Below, one piece after another: positions 18,716-30,055 of a stretch of DNA of 64,000 nucleotides. A program made the translations under genes and the position numbers. The notes under the pieces are model-generated. The model was not told the origin of the DNA. It did not search any database and saw nothing but the letters and a program-made list of their open reading frames with translations. The first letter of the stretch is position 1. Each line of letters starts with the position of its first letter. The DNA lies in assembly GCA_027061725.1 (NCBI GenBank), contig JAMOVG010000392.1, positions 8,644 through 72,643 on the forward strand. Reading direction: 5' to 3'. This stretch comes from Desulfobacteraceae bacterium (GTDB taxonomy: Bacteria; Desulfobacterota; Desulfobacteria; Desulfobacterales; JALSRD01).

Positions 18716-19888
18716 ATGCGCCTCAACACCACCATCAACCGCTACCTGCTCAAAGAGATGCTGGCGCCGTCGGTGCTCAACATGATCTTCTTTACGTTCG
18801 TCTTTCTGATGACGCAGATCCTGGAGATCACCAACCTGATCGTCAACTACCGCATCAGCATTTTCATCCTGTTTAAGATGCTGGCTTATTCCATGCCCTA
18901 CTTCCTGGTCTTCGTGATGCCCATGTCAGTCATGATGGGTGTCTTGCTGACCTTCCTGCGGCTGTCCAACGACCGGGAGATCCTGGCGCTCAAGGCCGGC
19001 GGTGTTAGCATCCTGCAACTGGTGCCGCCGGTATTCGTCTTCTGTCTGGCCGGCAGCCTGCTGACGGCTTTCATGGGCATCTACGCGTTGCCCTGGGGGC
19101 AGCTTTCGCTCAAGAGGCTCACCTACCAGGTGGCCGCCCAGCATTTCGACGTGGGGCTCAAGCCGGGCACCTTCAACGACAGCTTCAGCGGCATCACCAT
19201 GTACGTCAGCGCATTTGACCGGCAGAGCAAGCTGCTCAAGGACGTGTTCATCGAAGACCACCGCAACGAAACCTCGGCCCAGACCCTGGTGGCGCCGCGC
19301 GGCCGGCTGTTGCGGGACCCGCGCAGGCTGCGGGTGCAGCTGCGTCTCTACGACGGCATCATCTACCAGGTGGACATCGACAGCCGTTCGGTCAACACGG
19401 TTCATTTCGAGCGTTACGACGTTAACCTGGACATTCAGCGCGCGGCCTCACAGGCCAGCGCCAGGGAGGAAAAAGATGATATCGAGATGAGCCTCCCGGA
19501 ACTGCGGGATTTCCTGGCCCACTCCCCCCACGACTCCCGCTACTACCTGGCGCTCATGCAGTACTACAAGAAGTTTTCCATGCCCTTCGCCTGCTTCGCC
19601 CTGGGGTTGCTGGCCATCCCGCTGGGCGTGCAGACCCGCTTCGCCAAGCGATCTTTCGGGCTGGCCCTGGGGTTGCTGGCATTCCTGTTCTACTATCTGC
19701 TGCTTTCGGCCGGGCAGGTTTTCGGGGAAGCCGGCAAGTATCCGCCCATCATCGGCATGTGGGTGCCCAATCTGGTGGTGGGTGCCATCGGGCTGTGGCT
19801 GTTCGTACGCACCCTGAACGAGCGGCCGGTGAGTTTCGATTTTCTTTACCGGGTAACCCGCCGGCTGCGGCGGCGCAGGAGCGGCTGA
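18716..19888 (+). CDS. lptF: LPS export ABC transporter permease LptF
   Basis: YjgP/YjgQ family start (MRLNTTINRYLLKEML). ORF-track entry 18416 is an upstream extension overlapping msbA; the ATG at 18716 follows the msbA stop. Confidence 0.88.
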   Translation: MRLNTTINRYLLKEMLAPSVLNMIFFTFVFLMTQILEITNLIVNYRISIFILFKMLAYSMPYFLVFVMPMSVMMGVLLTFLRLSNDREILALKAGGVSILQLVPPVFVFCLAGSLLTAFMGIYALPWGQLSLKRLTYQVAAQHFDVGLKPGTFNDSFSGITMYVSAFDRQSKLLKDVFIEDHRNETSAQTLVAPRGRLLRDPRRLRVQLRLYDGIIYQVDIDSRSVNTVHFERYDVNLDIQRAASQASAREEKDDIEMSLPELRDFLAHSPHDSRYYLALMQYYKKFSMPFACFALGLLAIPLGVQTRFAKRSFGLALGLLAFLFYYLLLSAGQVFGEAGKYPPIIGMWVPNLVVGAIGLWLFVRTLNERPVSFDFLYRVTRRLRRRRSG

Positions 19889-19893
19889 CCGTC

Positions 19894-20976
19894 ATGTCCA
19901 TCATCTCCCGATACATCGTGCGCGAGATTCTGCGATACTTTTCGCTGATCCTGCTGGCTGTGGTGGGCATCTACCTGATGGTCGATTTTTTTGAGCGCAT
20001 CGACAACTTCATGGAGTCCGGGGTCCCGCTGATTCGCTCGGTGCCCTATTTCCTCTACAAGATTCCCTTCATCGTGGCGCAGATCCTGCCGGTTGGGGTG
20101 CTGCTGTCGGTGCTGGTGGTGTTCGGCATTATGAAGCGCAACAACGAGATCGTGGCCCTCAAGGCCAGCGGCCTGAGCGCTTTCTACCTGGTGCGCATTG
20201 TGGCGCTGGTGGGCCTGGCGGGCAGCCTGATCCTGTTCGTGCTTTCCGAGGTGGTGGTGCCCGTCACCATTGCAAAATCCAACCGCATCTGGCTGGGTGA
20301 AGTGCGCAAGAAACTGCCCGCCAAAGCCGAGAAGAAAAACATCTGGTTGCGCGACAAGGGCCAGATTTCGCACATTGTCTACTTCAACCCCGTGAGCAAC
20401 ACCATCTACACCCTGAAGGTCAACTATTTCGACAAGTGGTTCAATCTGGTGCGCCGCATCGACGCCAAGAGCGCTGTTTACAAGGGGGACCACTGGGTTC
20501 TCGAGGATGTTCTGGACCAGCACCTGGACGAAACCACGGGCACATACAGGGCCACGTACCACCGGCGGCAGGCGGAAAAGCTCAGCTTCGTGCCCGCCGA
20601 CCTGCGGCGCATCGTAAAGCCCGTGGAGGAGATGGGGTACCTGGAACTGCGGGCCTACGTGCGCAAGCTGGAATCGGAAGGCTATGACAGCACCAAGTAC
20701 CGCGTGGACCTGCAGGCCAAGATCGCCTTCCCGCTGGTGTGCATCGTGCTGTGCCTTATCGGAACGGGGATCTCGCTGGGAACGCGGGGCAGCCGCAAGG
20801 AAAGCCTGGCGATCATTATCGCCGTGGGTCTGGGGCTCTCCTTCCTGTACTGGGTGTTCTATAGCTTCTGCGTGTCGCTGGGTTACGGCGAGATGCTGCC
20901 CCCGGTGGTGGCCGTGTGGCTGGCCAACGTCATTTTTTCCTGCCTGGGATTGTTCACGCTGCTCAACGCGGAGTGA
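19894..20976 (+). CDS. lptG: LPS export ABC transporter permease LptG
   Basis: MSIISRYIVREIL start at 19894, directly after the lptF stop. YjgP/YjgQ topology. Confidence 0.88.
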   Translation: MSIISRYIVREILRYFSLILLAVVGIYLMVDFFERIDNFMESGVPLIRSVPYFLYKIPFIVAQILPVGVLLSVLVVFGIMKRNNEIVALKASGLSAFYLVRIVALVGLAGSLILFVLSEVVVPVTIAKSNRIWLGEVRKKLPAKAEKKNIWLRDKGQISHIVYFNPVSNTIYTLKVNYFDKWFNLVRRIDAKSAVYKGDHWVLEDVLDQHLDETTGTYRATYHRRQAEKLSFVPADLRRIVKPVEEMGYLELRAYVRKLESEGYDSTKYRVDLQAKIAFPLVCIVLCLIGTGISLGTRGSRKESLAIIIAVGLGLSFLYWVFYSFCVSLGYGEMLPPVVAVWLANVIFSCLGLFTLLNAE

Positions 20977-20979
20977 AAA

Positions 20980-22173
20980 GTGTCTGACCAAAGCGGCGAC
21001 AGAGGGACAACGGCGCCGGGTTCCGCCGGCGCGGACCGGCTCAGGCGGCGACTCGTTGCACTGATGGACGACGGGGGGCGCCGCGGGCTGGGCCCAGCCG
21101 TGCTGACCCTGTTGTCCCGGGTCTACGGCGGTGCCATGGCGCTGCGCGCGGATTGCTACGCCCGACGACTGCTGGTCAGGCCCCGGCGCCTTCCGGCCAC
21201 CGTCATCTGCGTCGGCAACCTGGCCGCCGGTGGCACCGGCAAGACGCCCATGGCGGTGTGGCTGGCCCGCCGTCTGCAGCGGCGCGGCCTGCGCGTGGCG
21301 GTGGTCAGCCGTGGATACGGGGGGCGGGCCGAAAAGCGCGGCGGTGTGGTCAGCGACGGCCGGTGCCTACGCATGGATGCCGCCGCCGGCGGCGACGAGC
21401 CGGTTCTCATGGCCCGCAGTCTGCCCGGCGTCCCCGTGGTGGTGGGCGCCGACCGCTACCGCGCCGGCATGCTGGCCATCCGTCGACTGGACGCTGCCGT
21501 GCTGGTGCTCGATGACGCCTTTCAGCACCTGGCGCTGGAGCGGGACTTCAACCTGGTGCTGATGGACGCCGCCCGTCCCTTCGGAAACGGACGGATCCTG
21601 CCGCGCGGCACCCTGCGGGAGCCGCTTTCGGCCCTGGGCCGGGCCCACGCGGTGGTCCTCACGCGCGCCGACGGCCTGAACGAGGCGCTTGTCTCCCGCC
21701 GCGTCGCCGCGGTGGCCAAACGGGCCGCTCCGGCGCCGGTCTTTACGGCTGCGCATGACAGCCGGCCCTGCGGCCTGGTGCCCGTGGGAAGGCGCGAAAT
21801 CACGCCCGGCGGTCGCACCGCCGATGCGAAGGGCCTTCGTGCACTGGCCTTTTCAGGTATCGCCCGCAACGACTGCTTTTTCCAGGGCCTGGTCGGGGCG
21901 GGGTACCGCCTGTCCGGACGACTGGCCTTTGCGGACCATCACCGCTACGCCGATCAGGACCGCACCATGATCTCCGAGACCGCCCGGCGCCTGGGAGCCG
22001 AGTTGCTGGTTACCACCGAAAAAGACTACGTACGTTTTGCCGGCCGCTTCGCATGGCCGTTGCCGCTGCTGGTGATGGGCGTGGAAATGCGCCTGTTGGC
22101 GGGCGAGGACCGGTTGCTCCGGCTGTTGGACGACTGCCTCGCCAGCAGCGCCCCGGCGCACGGCGGCGTCTGA
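20980..22173 (+). CDS. lpxK: tetraacyldisaccharide 4'-kinase
   Basis: P-loop VGNLAAGGTGKTP and family-typical length. GTG start 4 nt after the lptG stop. Confidence 0.9.
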   Translation: MSDQSGDRGTTAPGSAGADRLRRRLVALMDDGGRRGLGPAVLTLLSRVYGGAMALRADCYARRLLVRPRRLPATVICVGNLAAGGTGKTPMAVWLARRLQRRGLRVAVVSRGYGGRAEKRGGVVSDGRCLRMDAAAGGDEPVLMARSLPGVPVVVGADRYRAGMLAIRRLDAAVLVLDDAFQHLALERDFNLVLMDAARPFGNGRILPRGTLREPLSALGRAHAVVLTRADGLNEALVSRRVAAVAKRAAPAPVFTAAHDSRPCGLVPVGRREITPGGRTADAKGLRALAFSGIARNDCFFQGLVGAGYRLSGRLAFADHHRYADQDRTMISETARRLGAELLVTTEKDYVRFAGRFAWPLPLLVMGVEMRLLAGEDRLLRLLDDCLASSAPAHGGV

Positions 22174-22179
22174 AGTGCC

Positions 22180-22584
22180 CTACACGGCGTCTGCCGGTAC
22201 GGCCCGGATGTCGAACTCCGGCGGGTCGAAGAGGTGCTTCTTGACGCTGCACATGCCGGCGATGCGCACCACGGTGTCACGGTACTTCTCGGGAAAACCG
22301 TCCGGCAGCAGGATGCGGATGTCGATTTTTTCGATCATGTGTTTTTTTTCGTTGCGGGTGAAGGAGAGCCGCAGGCGGATCCCCTCGGTGTCGATATTGC
22401 GCTCGCGGCAGAAATAGAGCACATACACACCGGCACAGGTTCCGATGGAGGCCAGAAAGAGCGTGAAGGGTTCCGGAGCACTGGCGTCGCCGCCTTCTTC
22501 CTTGGCCTGGTCGGTTTCGATGGTGAATCCCGCGTAATCGGCGTTCACCCGCAAATTGCCCGGGAAATAGACTTCCATGTCCAT
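22180..22584 (-). CDS. OsmC family protein (peroxiredoxin-like)
   Basis: Two conserved Cys contexts (SIGTCAGVY and AGMCSVKKHL). ATG at 22584 (MDMEVYFPG). Lies downstream of waaA on the same strand. Confidence 0.8.
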   Translation of the reverse strand: MDMEVYFPGNLRVNADYAGFTIETDQAKEEGGDASAPEPFTLFLASIGTCAGVYVLYFCRERNIDTEGIRLRLSFTRNEKKHMIEKIDIRILLPDGFPEKYRDTVVRIAGMCSVKKHLFDPPEFDIRAVPADAV

Positions 22585-22639
22585 GGGTTTGGGTCTCCTT
22601 TTGTGGTGTTGAGAAAAATGCGGGACATCCCCCGGCCGC

Positions 22640-23944
22640 CTATTGGGCCGGCGGTCGCCGCGGCACGCGGCGCGGTCCCGGCGTCTGGTCAAGATAATGC
22701 CGGATCACGCGCGATGCAAGCCGGCTGCCGCCACGGCGTCGCCGGATGTAGGCCAGCGCTTCGGAGCGCACGGCCTCGCGCGGGGGCGGGTCCGCCAGGT
22801 CGGCGGCCAGACGGCGCGCGGCACTGGGCCAATCGGGCACCATGCGCACCAGTCCACGGGTGACCACTTCCGCCCCCACCCAGTGAAAGTGGTCCCAGAA
22901 GGGGCCCATGACCGGTTTTACGCCGCAGACCATGGCCTCGAGGAAGTTCTGTCCCCCCAGCGGCTTGAGGCTGCCGCCCACGAAAGCCGCCGCGGCCAGG
23001 GCGTAGGCTTGCTTCAGCTCTCCGAAAACGTCCCACAGCACCACGGCCGGCCCAGCCAAGGGGGCCGTGACCTGCGAACGCAGCCGCCAGGGCGGCCCGA
23101 GGCGGTCCAGCCGCCGTTGCCAGGCTGCCAGGCGGTGCATGTGCCGGGGAAACAGCCCGATCAGTGTGTTGGGGTGCTGTGCCAGCACGGCGCGCATCAG
23201 GCGGGCCGTATCCTGCTCCTCGTCCCTGCGGATGGAGCCCAGCACCAGGAAGCCGGTCCCGGGCGCCGGCAGCGAGCGCAGGGGATTCGGCCGGCCGGCG
23301 GGTCCCGGGTCGGTCTCGATGCAGTCGAACTTGATGTTGTGCATCACCTCGACGGGGCAACCGGGGAACAGTCGGCGGAAACGGGCGGCGTCCGCAGCGG
23401 AGATGGCCGCCACGTGGTCAGGCGCCAGTTCGCGCCAGAAGCCGGGCAGCAGCCGGTAATGCCGCAGGCTGGTTGCCCGCAGGCGGCCGTTTATGATAAG
23501 AATGCGTGTCCCGGCAAGGCGCGCCGCCCGCAGCAGTGCGGGCCAAATCTCGGCCTCCAGCAGCACCAGCACGCGCGGCCGCACCTGGGCCAGCGCGCGC
23601 TGCATGGAGGACGGGCGGTCGAAGGGGAAGTAGGCGGTGGTAACGCGGGCCTTCGGTGACGAGTCGCGCATCGCGTCGGCCGCCTGCACCAGGATGTCCA
23701 GCCCCTGGCGGGTAGTGGACGTCAACAGCACGTCCGGGGGATTTGCGCTCGACAGCAATTCCCCTGCCAGCGACCAGGCCAGGTAAGCTTCACCGGCCGA
23801 AGCGGCCTGGATCCAGACGTCCGCGCAGGGCAAGGGGCGTGCGAGCACACGCTGGTCGAATCCTTCGGCCAGGCGGCGGTTGCGCCGCAGCAGCGGCAGT
23901 GCCGCCTCCCAGGCCAGTTCGTAGAGTTTAAAAGCGGTTCGCAT
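22640..23944 (-). CDS. waaA: 3-deoxy-D-manno-octulosonic acid (Kdo) transferase
   Basis: Glycos_transf_N type N-terminus (LYELAWEAALPLL ... VWIQAASAGE) followed by a GT-B C-terminal domain. Confidence 0.92.
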   Translation of the reverse strand: MRTAFKLYELAWEAALPLLRRNRRLAEGFDQRVLARPLPCADVWIQAASAGEAYLAWSLAGELLSSANPPDVLLTSTTRQGLDILVQAADAMRDSSPKARVTTAYFPFDRPSSMQRALAQVRPRVLVLLEAEIWPALLRAARLAGTRILIINGRLRATSLRHYRLLPGFWRELAPDHVAAISAADAARFRRLFPGCPVEVMHNIKFDCIETDPGPAGRPNPLRSLPAPGTGFLVLGSIRRDEEQDTARLMRAVLAQHPNTLIGLFPRHMHRLAAWQRRLDRLGPPWRLRSQVTAPLAGPAVVLWDVFGELKQAYALAAAAFVGGSLKPLGGQNFLEAMVCGVKPVMGPFWDHFHWVGAEVVTRGLVRMVPDWPSAARRLAADLADPPPREAVRSEALAYIRRRRGGSRLASRVIRHYLDQTPGPRRVPRRPPAQ

Positions 23945-24148
23945 AAGGGGCCGGTGATGCCAACGATTTCCAGAGCCGTGCCGCGCAACGGTGACCGCTT
24001 TCCGGTCGACGGGTCGGTCTCTGCCGGTGAACGGGGGCGTACAAAAGGGTTTTACAAATCCGGTAGACCCTAGTAATCGGAATCAGTCCCTCTCTATTCC
24101 ATTTTTAGCGGGCAACCGTCAATCGCAAAATTTCGGTCACGGCGCACC

Positions 24149-25078
24149 ATGGCATCCAGAGTGCTCGGTTCTGAAGACATCGTTTACCATCTGATTCGCG
24201 GCGTGTTCCGGGCCATGGGCCAGATGCCCCTTTCCTGGACAGTGCGGGCCGGAAACCTGTGCGGCGACCTGTGGTGGGCCCTGGATCGCCAGCGTCGGCA
24301 GGTGGCCCTGGACAACCTGCACCGGGCCTTCGGAAACGAGAAATCCGGGCGGGAGATCGAACAACTGGCCCGCCGCGTGTTCCGGAACCTGGGGCGCATC
24401 GTTTTCGAGGTGGGCTGGTCCACCGGGATCGACCTGAAGAAATTCAAGCGCCACACCACCATGATTCACCTGGAAAATTATCGACGCGCCATCGCCAAGG
24501 GGCGGGGGGTGCTGATGATGACGGCGCACTACGGCAACTGGGAACTGCTGATCTACACGGCGGCTGTCACCAACCACCCCGTCAGCGTCATCTATCGGCG
24601 ACTGGACTTCAAGCCCCTGGACCGCTTTTTCCTGGAGTATCGTTCCCAACTGGGCGCCCGCATGATTCGCAATGCCCACGCCATGCGGTCCATCCTGCGA
24701 CGCCTGCGGGCCGGGGACGCGGTGGCCATTCTGTTTGACCAGAACGTGGACTGGTACGAGGGCGTGTTCGTGGATTTTTTCGGGCACCGCGCCTGCACCA
24801 ACTCGGGCCTGGCGCTGCTGGCGCTGCGCACCGGGGCGCCGGTGGTGCCGGTCTGCATGTCGCGGGTCGACGGCGGCTTCACCATCGAGTTCGGCCCGGA
24901 GATTCCGCTGGTCCGCAGCGGCGACAAGGTGAAAGACGTGGAGGAGAACACGCGGCGTTTCAACCGGGTGCTGGAGGAGTTCATCCGCCGCCGGCCCGAC
25001 CAGTGGATGTGGGTACACCGGCGCTGGAAAACCCGGCCCTATCACCCCTGGCCGCGCGAGCCGCGAAAAGGGAAATAG
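24149..25078 (+). CDS. lipid A biosynthesis (Kdo)2-lipid IVA acyltransferase, LpxL/HtrB family
   Basis: Family motif MTAHYGNWELL (HxxxxE) and the typical C-terminal PDQWMWVHRRWK. Divergent from waaA. Confidence 0.85.
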   Translation: MASRVLGSEDIVYHLIRGVFRAMGQMPLSWTVRAGNLCGDLWWALDRQRRQVALDNLHRAFGNEKSGREIEQLARRVFRNLGRIVFEVGWSTGIDLKKFKRHTTMIHLENYRRAIAKGRGVLMMTAHYGNWELLIYTAAVTNHPVSVIYRRLDFKPLDRFFLEYRSQLGARMIRNAHAMRSILRRLRAGDAVAILFDQNVDWYEGVFVDFFGHRACTNSGLALLALRTGAPVVPVCMSRVDGGFTIEFGPEIPLVRSGDKVKDVEENTRRFNRVLEEFIRRRPDQWMWVHRRWKTRPYHPWPREPRKGK

Positions 25079-25115
25079 AGGTGCCGCTGTCCCGGCGGGC
25101 GAAGATGATGGAAAA

Positions 25116-25937
25116 ATGGATGCAGCGGTAATCGTTACCACATACAACCGCCCACGTGCGCTGGCGGAGGTGCTGCGGGCGCTGGTCCGGCAGACGCGCC
25201 TGCCGGACCAGGTGGCCGTGGCCGACGACGGTTCGGGACCGGAGACCGCGGCCGTGGTGGGGCAGGCCGCCGCGGCGGCCCCCTTCGCGCTGCGACACGT
25301 TCGGCAGCAGGACCGCGGTTTCCGTGCGGCCCGCATCCGCAACCGCGCCATCGCAGCCTGCCCCCAGGCTTACATCATCCTGCTCGACGGGGACTGCATT
25401 CCCGGTTGTCATTTCGTGGAGGATCACCTGCGGCTGGCTTGCCCCGGCTATTTCTTCCAGGGCAAGCGCGTTCTGGTCGGACCCCGGCTTTCACCGCGCT
25501 TTACGGCCGAAGACGCCGGGCGCCCCTGGAAGCTGGCCTTCGAGGTGTTGCGGGGACAGCTGGGCAACTGGCACCATCTGCTGCGGGTGCCGCTGGTCAA
25601 ACCCGTGCGTACCCGGCGGCTCGGAGGCGTGCGCAGCTGCAACATGGGCATTTTCCGCCGCGACCTGGTGGCGGTCAACGGTTTTAACCAGGATTTCGAG
25701 GGCTGGGGAAGGGAAGACACCGAACTGGTGGTGCGGCTCTACCGTCTGGGGCTCAAGCGCCTGGAGCACCCCTTCATGGCCGTCTGCTACCACCTGTGGC
25801 ACGCGGAGCACGACCGCCGCAGCCTGGCCCGCAACGACCGGCTGCTGGAGGCGGCCCTGACCTCGGAGAGCTATTTCTGCCCCAACGGCCTGGTGAGCGG
25901 CGGCGGGCTGCGGGATTCATCCGGAGGTGCCACGTGA
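25116..25937 (+). CDS. glycosyltransferase family 2
   Basis: GT-A N-terminus (VIVTTYNRPRAL ... VADDGS), DxD (LLDGDC), and a galactosyltransferase-like C-terminal segment (GWGREDTEL). Confidence 0.85.
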   Translation: MDAAVIVTTYNRPRALAEVLRALVRQTRLPDQVAVADDGSGPETAAVVGQAAAAAPFALRHVRQQDRGFRAARIRNRAIAACPQAYIILLDGDCIPGCHFVEDHLRLACPGYFFQGKRVLVGPRLSPRFTAEDAGRPWKLAFEVLRGQLGNWHHLLRVPLVKPVRTRRLGGVRSCNMGIFRRDLVAVNGFNQDFEGWGREDTELVVRLYRLGLKRLEHPFMAVCYHLWHAEHDRRSLARNDRLLEAALTSESYFCPNGLVSGGGLRDSSGGAT

Positions 25938-26695
25938 CGCCGCCCCTTTCCATTGCCATCATCACCCGCGACGAGGAGCGGCGGCTGCCCCGTTGCCTGC
26001 GCAGCGTCGCCTTTGCCGATGAAATCGTGGTGGTGGACGCCGGCAGCCGGGACGGCACTGTGGCCATCGCCAGGGATTTTGGCTGCCGCGTGCATGCGCA
26101 GTCCTGGCTGGGGTTTGCGCGCCAGAAGCAGTTGGCCGTAGACCGTTGCTCCCACGACTGGGTGCTTATTCTGGATGCCGACGAGCAGGTGCCGGCAGAA
26201 ACCGCGGCCTGCATCGCGGGACTGACGCTGGACGACCGGGGGCCGGCGGCTTACAGCTTCACACGGCGCAACATTTTTCACGGGCGCTGGATCCGGCGCT
26301 GCGGCTGGTGGCCGGACCGTGTGACGCGCCTGGTGGACCGCCGACGCGGCCGCTTCAGCAGCCGCCTGGTGCATGAACAGTGGCGGACCGACGGCCCGCT
26401 GCAGCCTCTGGACGCCAGCCTGGAACACCGCAGTTTTGAGGGGTATAATGACCTGGTGACCAAGATGCAGCGCTACTCGACCCTCAGTGCTCGCGAGATG
26501 CAGGCCGCCGGCGCGGCGGCCCGCTGGTGGTCGGCACCGGCCCACGGGTCGTGGATGTTTTTCAGCACCTACGTGTTGCAGCTGGGGGTGCTGGAGGGAT
26601 TCGACGGGTTCATGATCTCGGCGCTCAATGCCGGCGGCTCGTTCATGAAATACGCCAAACTTTACGAGCTGCAGCATTACGGGGAAGGGGAGTAG
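25934..26695 (+). CDS. glycosyltransferase family 2 (LPS core WaaE/KdtX-like)
   Basis: LSIAIITRDEERRLPRCLRSV ... VVVDAGSRDGT ... ILDADE. A GTG at 25934 overlaps the upstream stop (GTGA). ORF-track entry 25796 is an upstream extension. Confidence 0.85.
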   Translation: MTPPLSIAIITRDEERRLPRCLRSVAFADEIVVVDAGSRDGTVAIARDFGCRVHAQSWLGFARQKQLAVDRCSHDWVLILDADEQVPAETAACIAGLTLDDRGPAAYSFTRRNIFHGRWIRRCGWWPDRVTRLVDRRRGRFSSRLVHEQWRTDGPLQPLDASLEHRSFEGYNDLVTKMQRYSTLSAREMQAAGAAARWWSAPAHGSWMFFSTYVLQLGVLEGFDGFMISALNAGGSFMKYAKLYELQHYGEGE

Positions 26696-26853
26696 AGAAT
26701 GTCCGGCGCCGTATGCCGGTCACAGCAGATCGATTGGCGTCTGGCTGTCGGGGTCGCATACCGGGCGGATTCTTTTCGGCATTGTTTTTTGGCCCGGTGT
26801 GGGTTAGAAGATGCTTGCGCAAAGGGCAACTGCGGGGGCGTTGGATACGATTC

Positions 26854-27800
<947 letters not shown>

Positions 27801-27804
<4 letters not shown>

Positions 27805-29288
27805 GCCCGTTTGCGCTGCCGCCTTTCGGAAAGGCTCGTGTGCTGGTGGTCGGCGACTGCATGCTGGACCGTTACCTGTGGGGCGAGGTGCGCCGTATTT
27901 CCCCCGAGGGCCCTGTGCCGGTGGTGCGACTCAGGGAACGCTCCGAAACCCTGGGCGGGGGCGGCAACGTAGCCGCCAACCTGGCCGCCCTGGGGTGCCC
28001 GGTCACCCTGTTGGCGGTGCGCGGAGATGACGGCGCCGGCCGGCGCCTGGCGGCCCTGGCGGACGAACGCGGCATCGACGCCCGCCTGCTGACCGACTCC
28101 GGCCGGCCCACGGTCACCAAGACCCGTGTGATCGCCGGCGCCCAGCAGCTCCTGCGCCTGGACGAGGAGGACACCGGCCTCGTCGGTGACAGGGTGCGGC
28201 GCAAACTGCTGGCCTGGGTCGAAGGCCACCTTGATGGCTTCCAGGCCCTGATCCTGTCGGACTATGGCAAGGGTGTCCTGGGGGCGCCGAGCGTGTGCCC
28301 GCAGCTCATTGAAATGGCCCAGCAGCGGGGCATTCACGTGCTGGTGGACCCCAAGGGGCCGGACTGGCAGCGCTACCGGGGCGCATCCTGCATCACGCCC
28401 AACACCGCAGAGCTGCGGCTGGCCGCCGGCTTGGCGGAAAATGCCGACCGGGATCGGTTGCTGGCCGCGGCCGGGGATGTCTGCCGCCGGCTGGCGCTGG
28501 AGCGGTTGCTGCTCACGCGGGGGGCCCGGGGGATGTGCCTGGTGGGCGGCTCCGGCGAGCCGCGCATCATCCGTGCCCGGGCACGCGAGGTCTTCGACGT
28601 TTCCGGTGCGGGCGACACGGTGGTGGCTGTGATGGCGGCCGGTCTGGCCGTTGGCCTGGCATACGAAGAGTCCGCGCGCCTGGCCAACCTGGCGGCCGGG
28701 CTGGTGGTGGGCAAATTGGGAACCCAGCCGGCGACCTCCCGGGAACTGGAGGCCGCCCTGCGGCTGGAGGCCGACCGAGACGGCGCCATGCCGGCCAAGG
28801 AGCTGTCCCTGGATGCGGCCCTGATGCAGGTCAAAGCCTGGCGGGCGGCGGGGCATCGCATCGTCTTTACCAACGGGTGCTTCGATTTGTTGCACCCCGG
28901 CCACATCAACCTGCTGCACCGGGCCCGGTCCCTGGGGGACCGCCTGGTGGTGGGGCTCAACACGGACGCGTCGGTGCGGCGGCTGAAGGGGCCGCAGCGG
29001 CCCATCCTGTCCCAGCAGGACCGCTCCGCCCTGCTCAGCGCGCTGGGCAGCGTGGACCTGGTGCTGCTGTTCGACGAAGACACACCGCTGAACCTCATCC
29101 GCGCCATCCGGCCGGACATTTTGGTCAAGGGCGCCGATTACCGGCGCGAAGACGTGGTGGGCGGTGACGTTGTGGAAGGTTACGGCGGCCGGGTGCGGCT
29201 GGTGCCCCTGCTGGCGGGATACAGCACCACGGACATCACGCAGCGGATCCTGGCGGCCGACGGCAAAAACAAACGGGAGAAACGGTAG
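27801..29288 (+). CDS. hldE: bifunctional D-beta-D-heptose 7-phosphate kinase / D-beta-D-heptose 1-phosphate adenylyltransferase
   Basis: N-terminal ribokinase-like domain (GAGDTVVA) and C-terminal cytidylyltransferase domain (FTNGCFDLLHPGHINLL). Confidence 0.95.
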
Positions 29289-29291
29289 ATC

Positions 29292-29477
29292 ATGGCGATT
29301 TCCAAAGAGCTTCTGGAAATACTGGCCTGCCCCAAATGCAAGGGGGAGGTTCACCTCAACGACAGCGGCGATGGCCTGGTGTGCGAGGCCTGCCGGCTGC
29401 TCTACGAGATCCGGGACGATATCCCCATCATGCTCATTGACGAAGCGCGGCCGCTGGAGCAGTCGGACAAAAGATGA
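29292..29477 (+). CDS. Trm112/YcaR (UPF0434) family small zinc-ribbon protein
   Basis: ILACPKCKG ... LVCEACRLLYEIRDDIPIML is the family hallmark. YcaR is also LPS-locus associated in enterobacteria (lpxK-ycaR-kdsB). Confidence 0.85.
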   Translation: MAISKELLEILACPKCKGEVHLNDSGDGLVCEACRLLYEIRDDIPIMLIDEARPLEQSDKR

Positions 29478-30055
29478 GCCGGCCCGCAGCACCCGTGCCG
29501 GCCAAACTCGTGGTGGGGGTTTTTCTGAAACGGCGCGCCCTGCTGGAGCCCGTGGCCGAGGCGCTGACAGTGCGCTTCGGTGCACTGGACCTCGTGGGGC
29601 CCTGGTTCGACTTCGACTTTACGCGTTATTACCGGGCGGAGTTCGGAGAGCCCCTGTACCGGCGCATGCTGGCCTTCAGGGACCCCGTGGACCAGGGGGG
29701 CCTGGCGGCGGTCAAGGGGGATACCAACGCCATCGAGGCGCGCTTTGCGCAGGGAGGGCAGCGGCGGGTCAACATCGACCCGGGTTACCTGGTCCGGGAG
29801 CGTTTCGTGCTGGCCAGCGGCAAGAACTTTACGCACCGCATCTACCTGGACAGTGGGATCTATGCCGATCTCACGCTGGTTTACTGCAAGGGAGATTTTC
29901 AGCCCCTGCCTTGGACCTATCCGGACTACACCCGTCCCGAGATGCTGGCTTTCCTGCACCGGGTACGACGCAAGTACATCGCCGACCTGCGCGGTCCATG
30001 GACGGCGACGGGCCTGCAACGGGCCGCACAGCCACCGCGGAGGAACCGCAGATGA
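29474..30055 (+). CDS. DUF4416 family protein
   Basis: Pattern PAKLVVGVF ... FDFTRYYRAEFG ... NIDPGYL ... NFTHRIYL recognised as DUF4416. ATGA overlaps on both sides. Confidence 0.8.
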   Translation: MSRPAAPVPAKLVVGVFLKRRALLEPVAEALTVRFGALDLVGPWFDFDFTRYYRAEFGEPLYRRMLAFRDPVDQGGLAAVKGDTNAIEARFAQGGQRRVNIDPGYLVRERFVLASGKNFTHRIYLDSGIYADLTLVYCKGDFQPLPWTYPDYTRPEMLAFLHRVRRKYIADLRGPWTATGLQRAAQPPRRNRR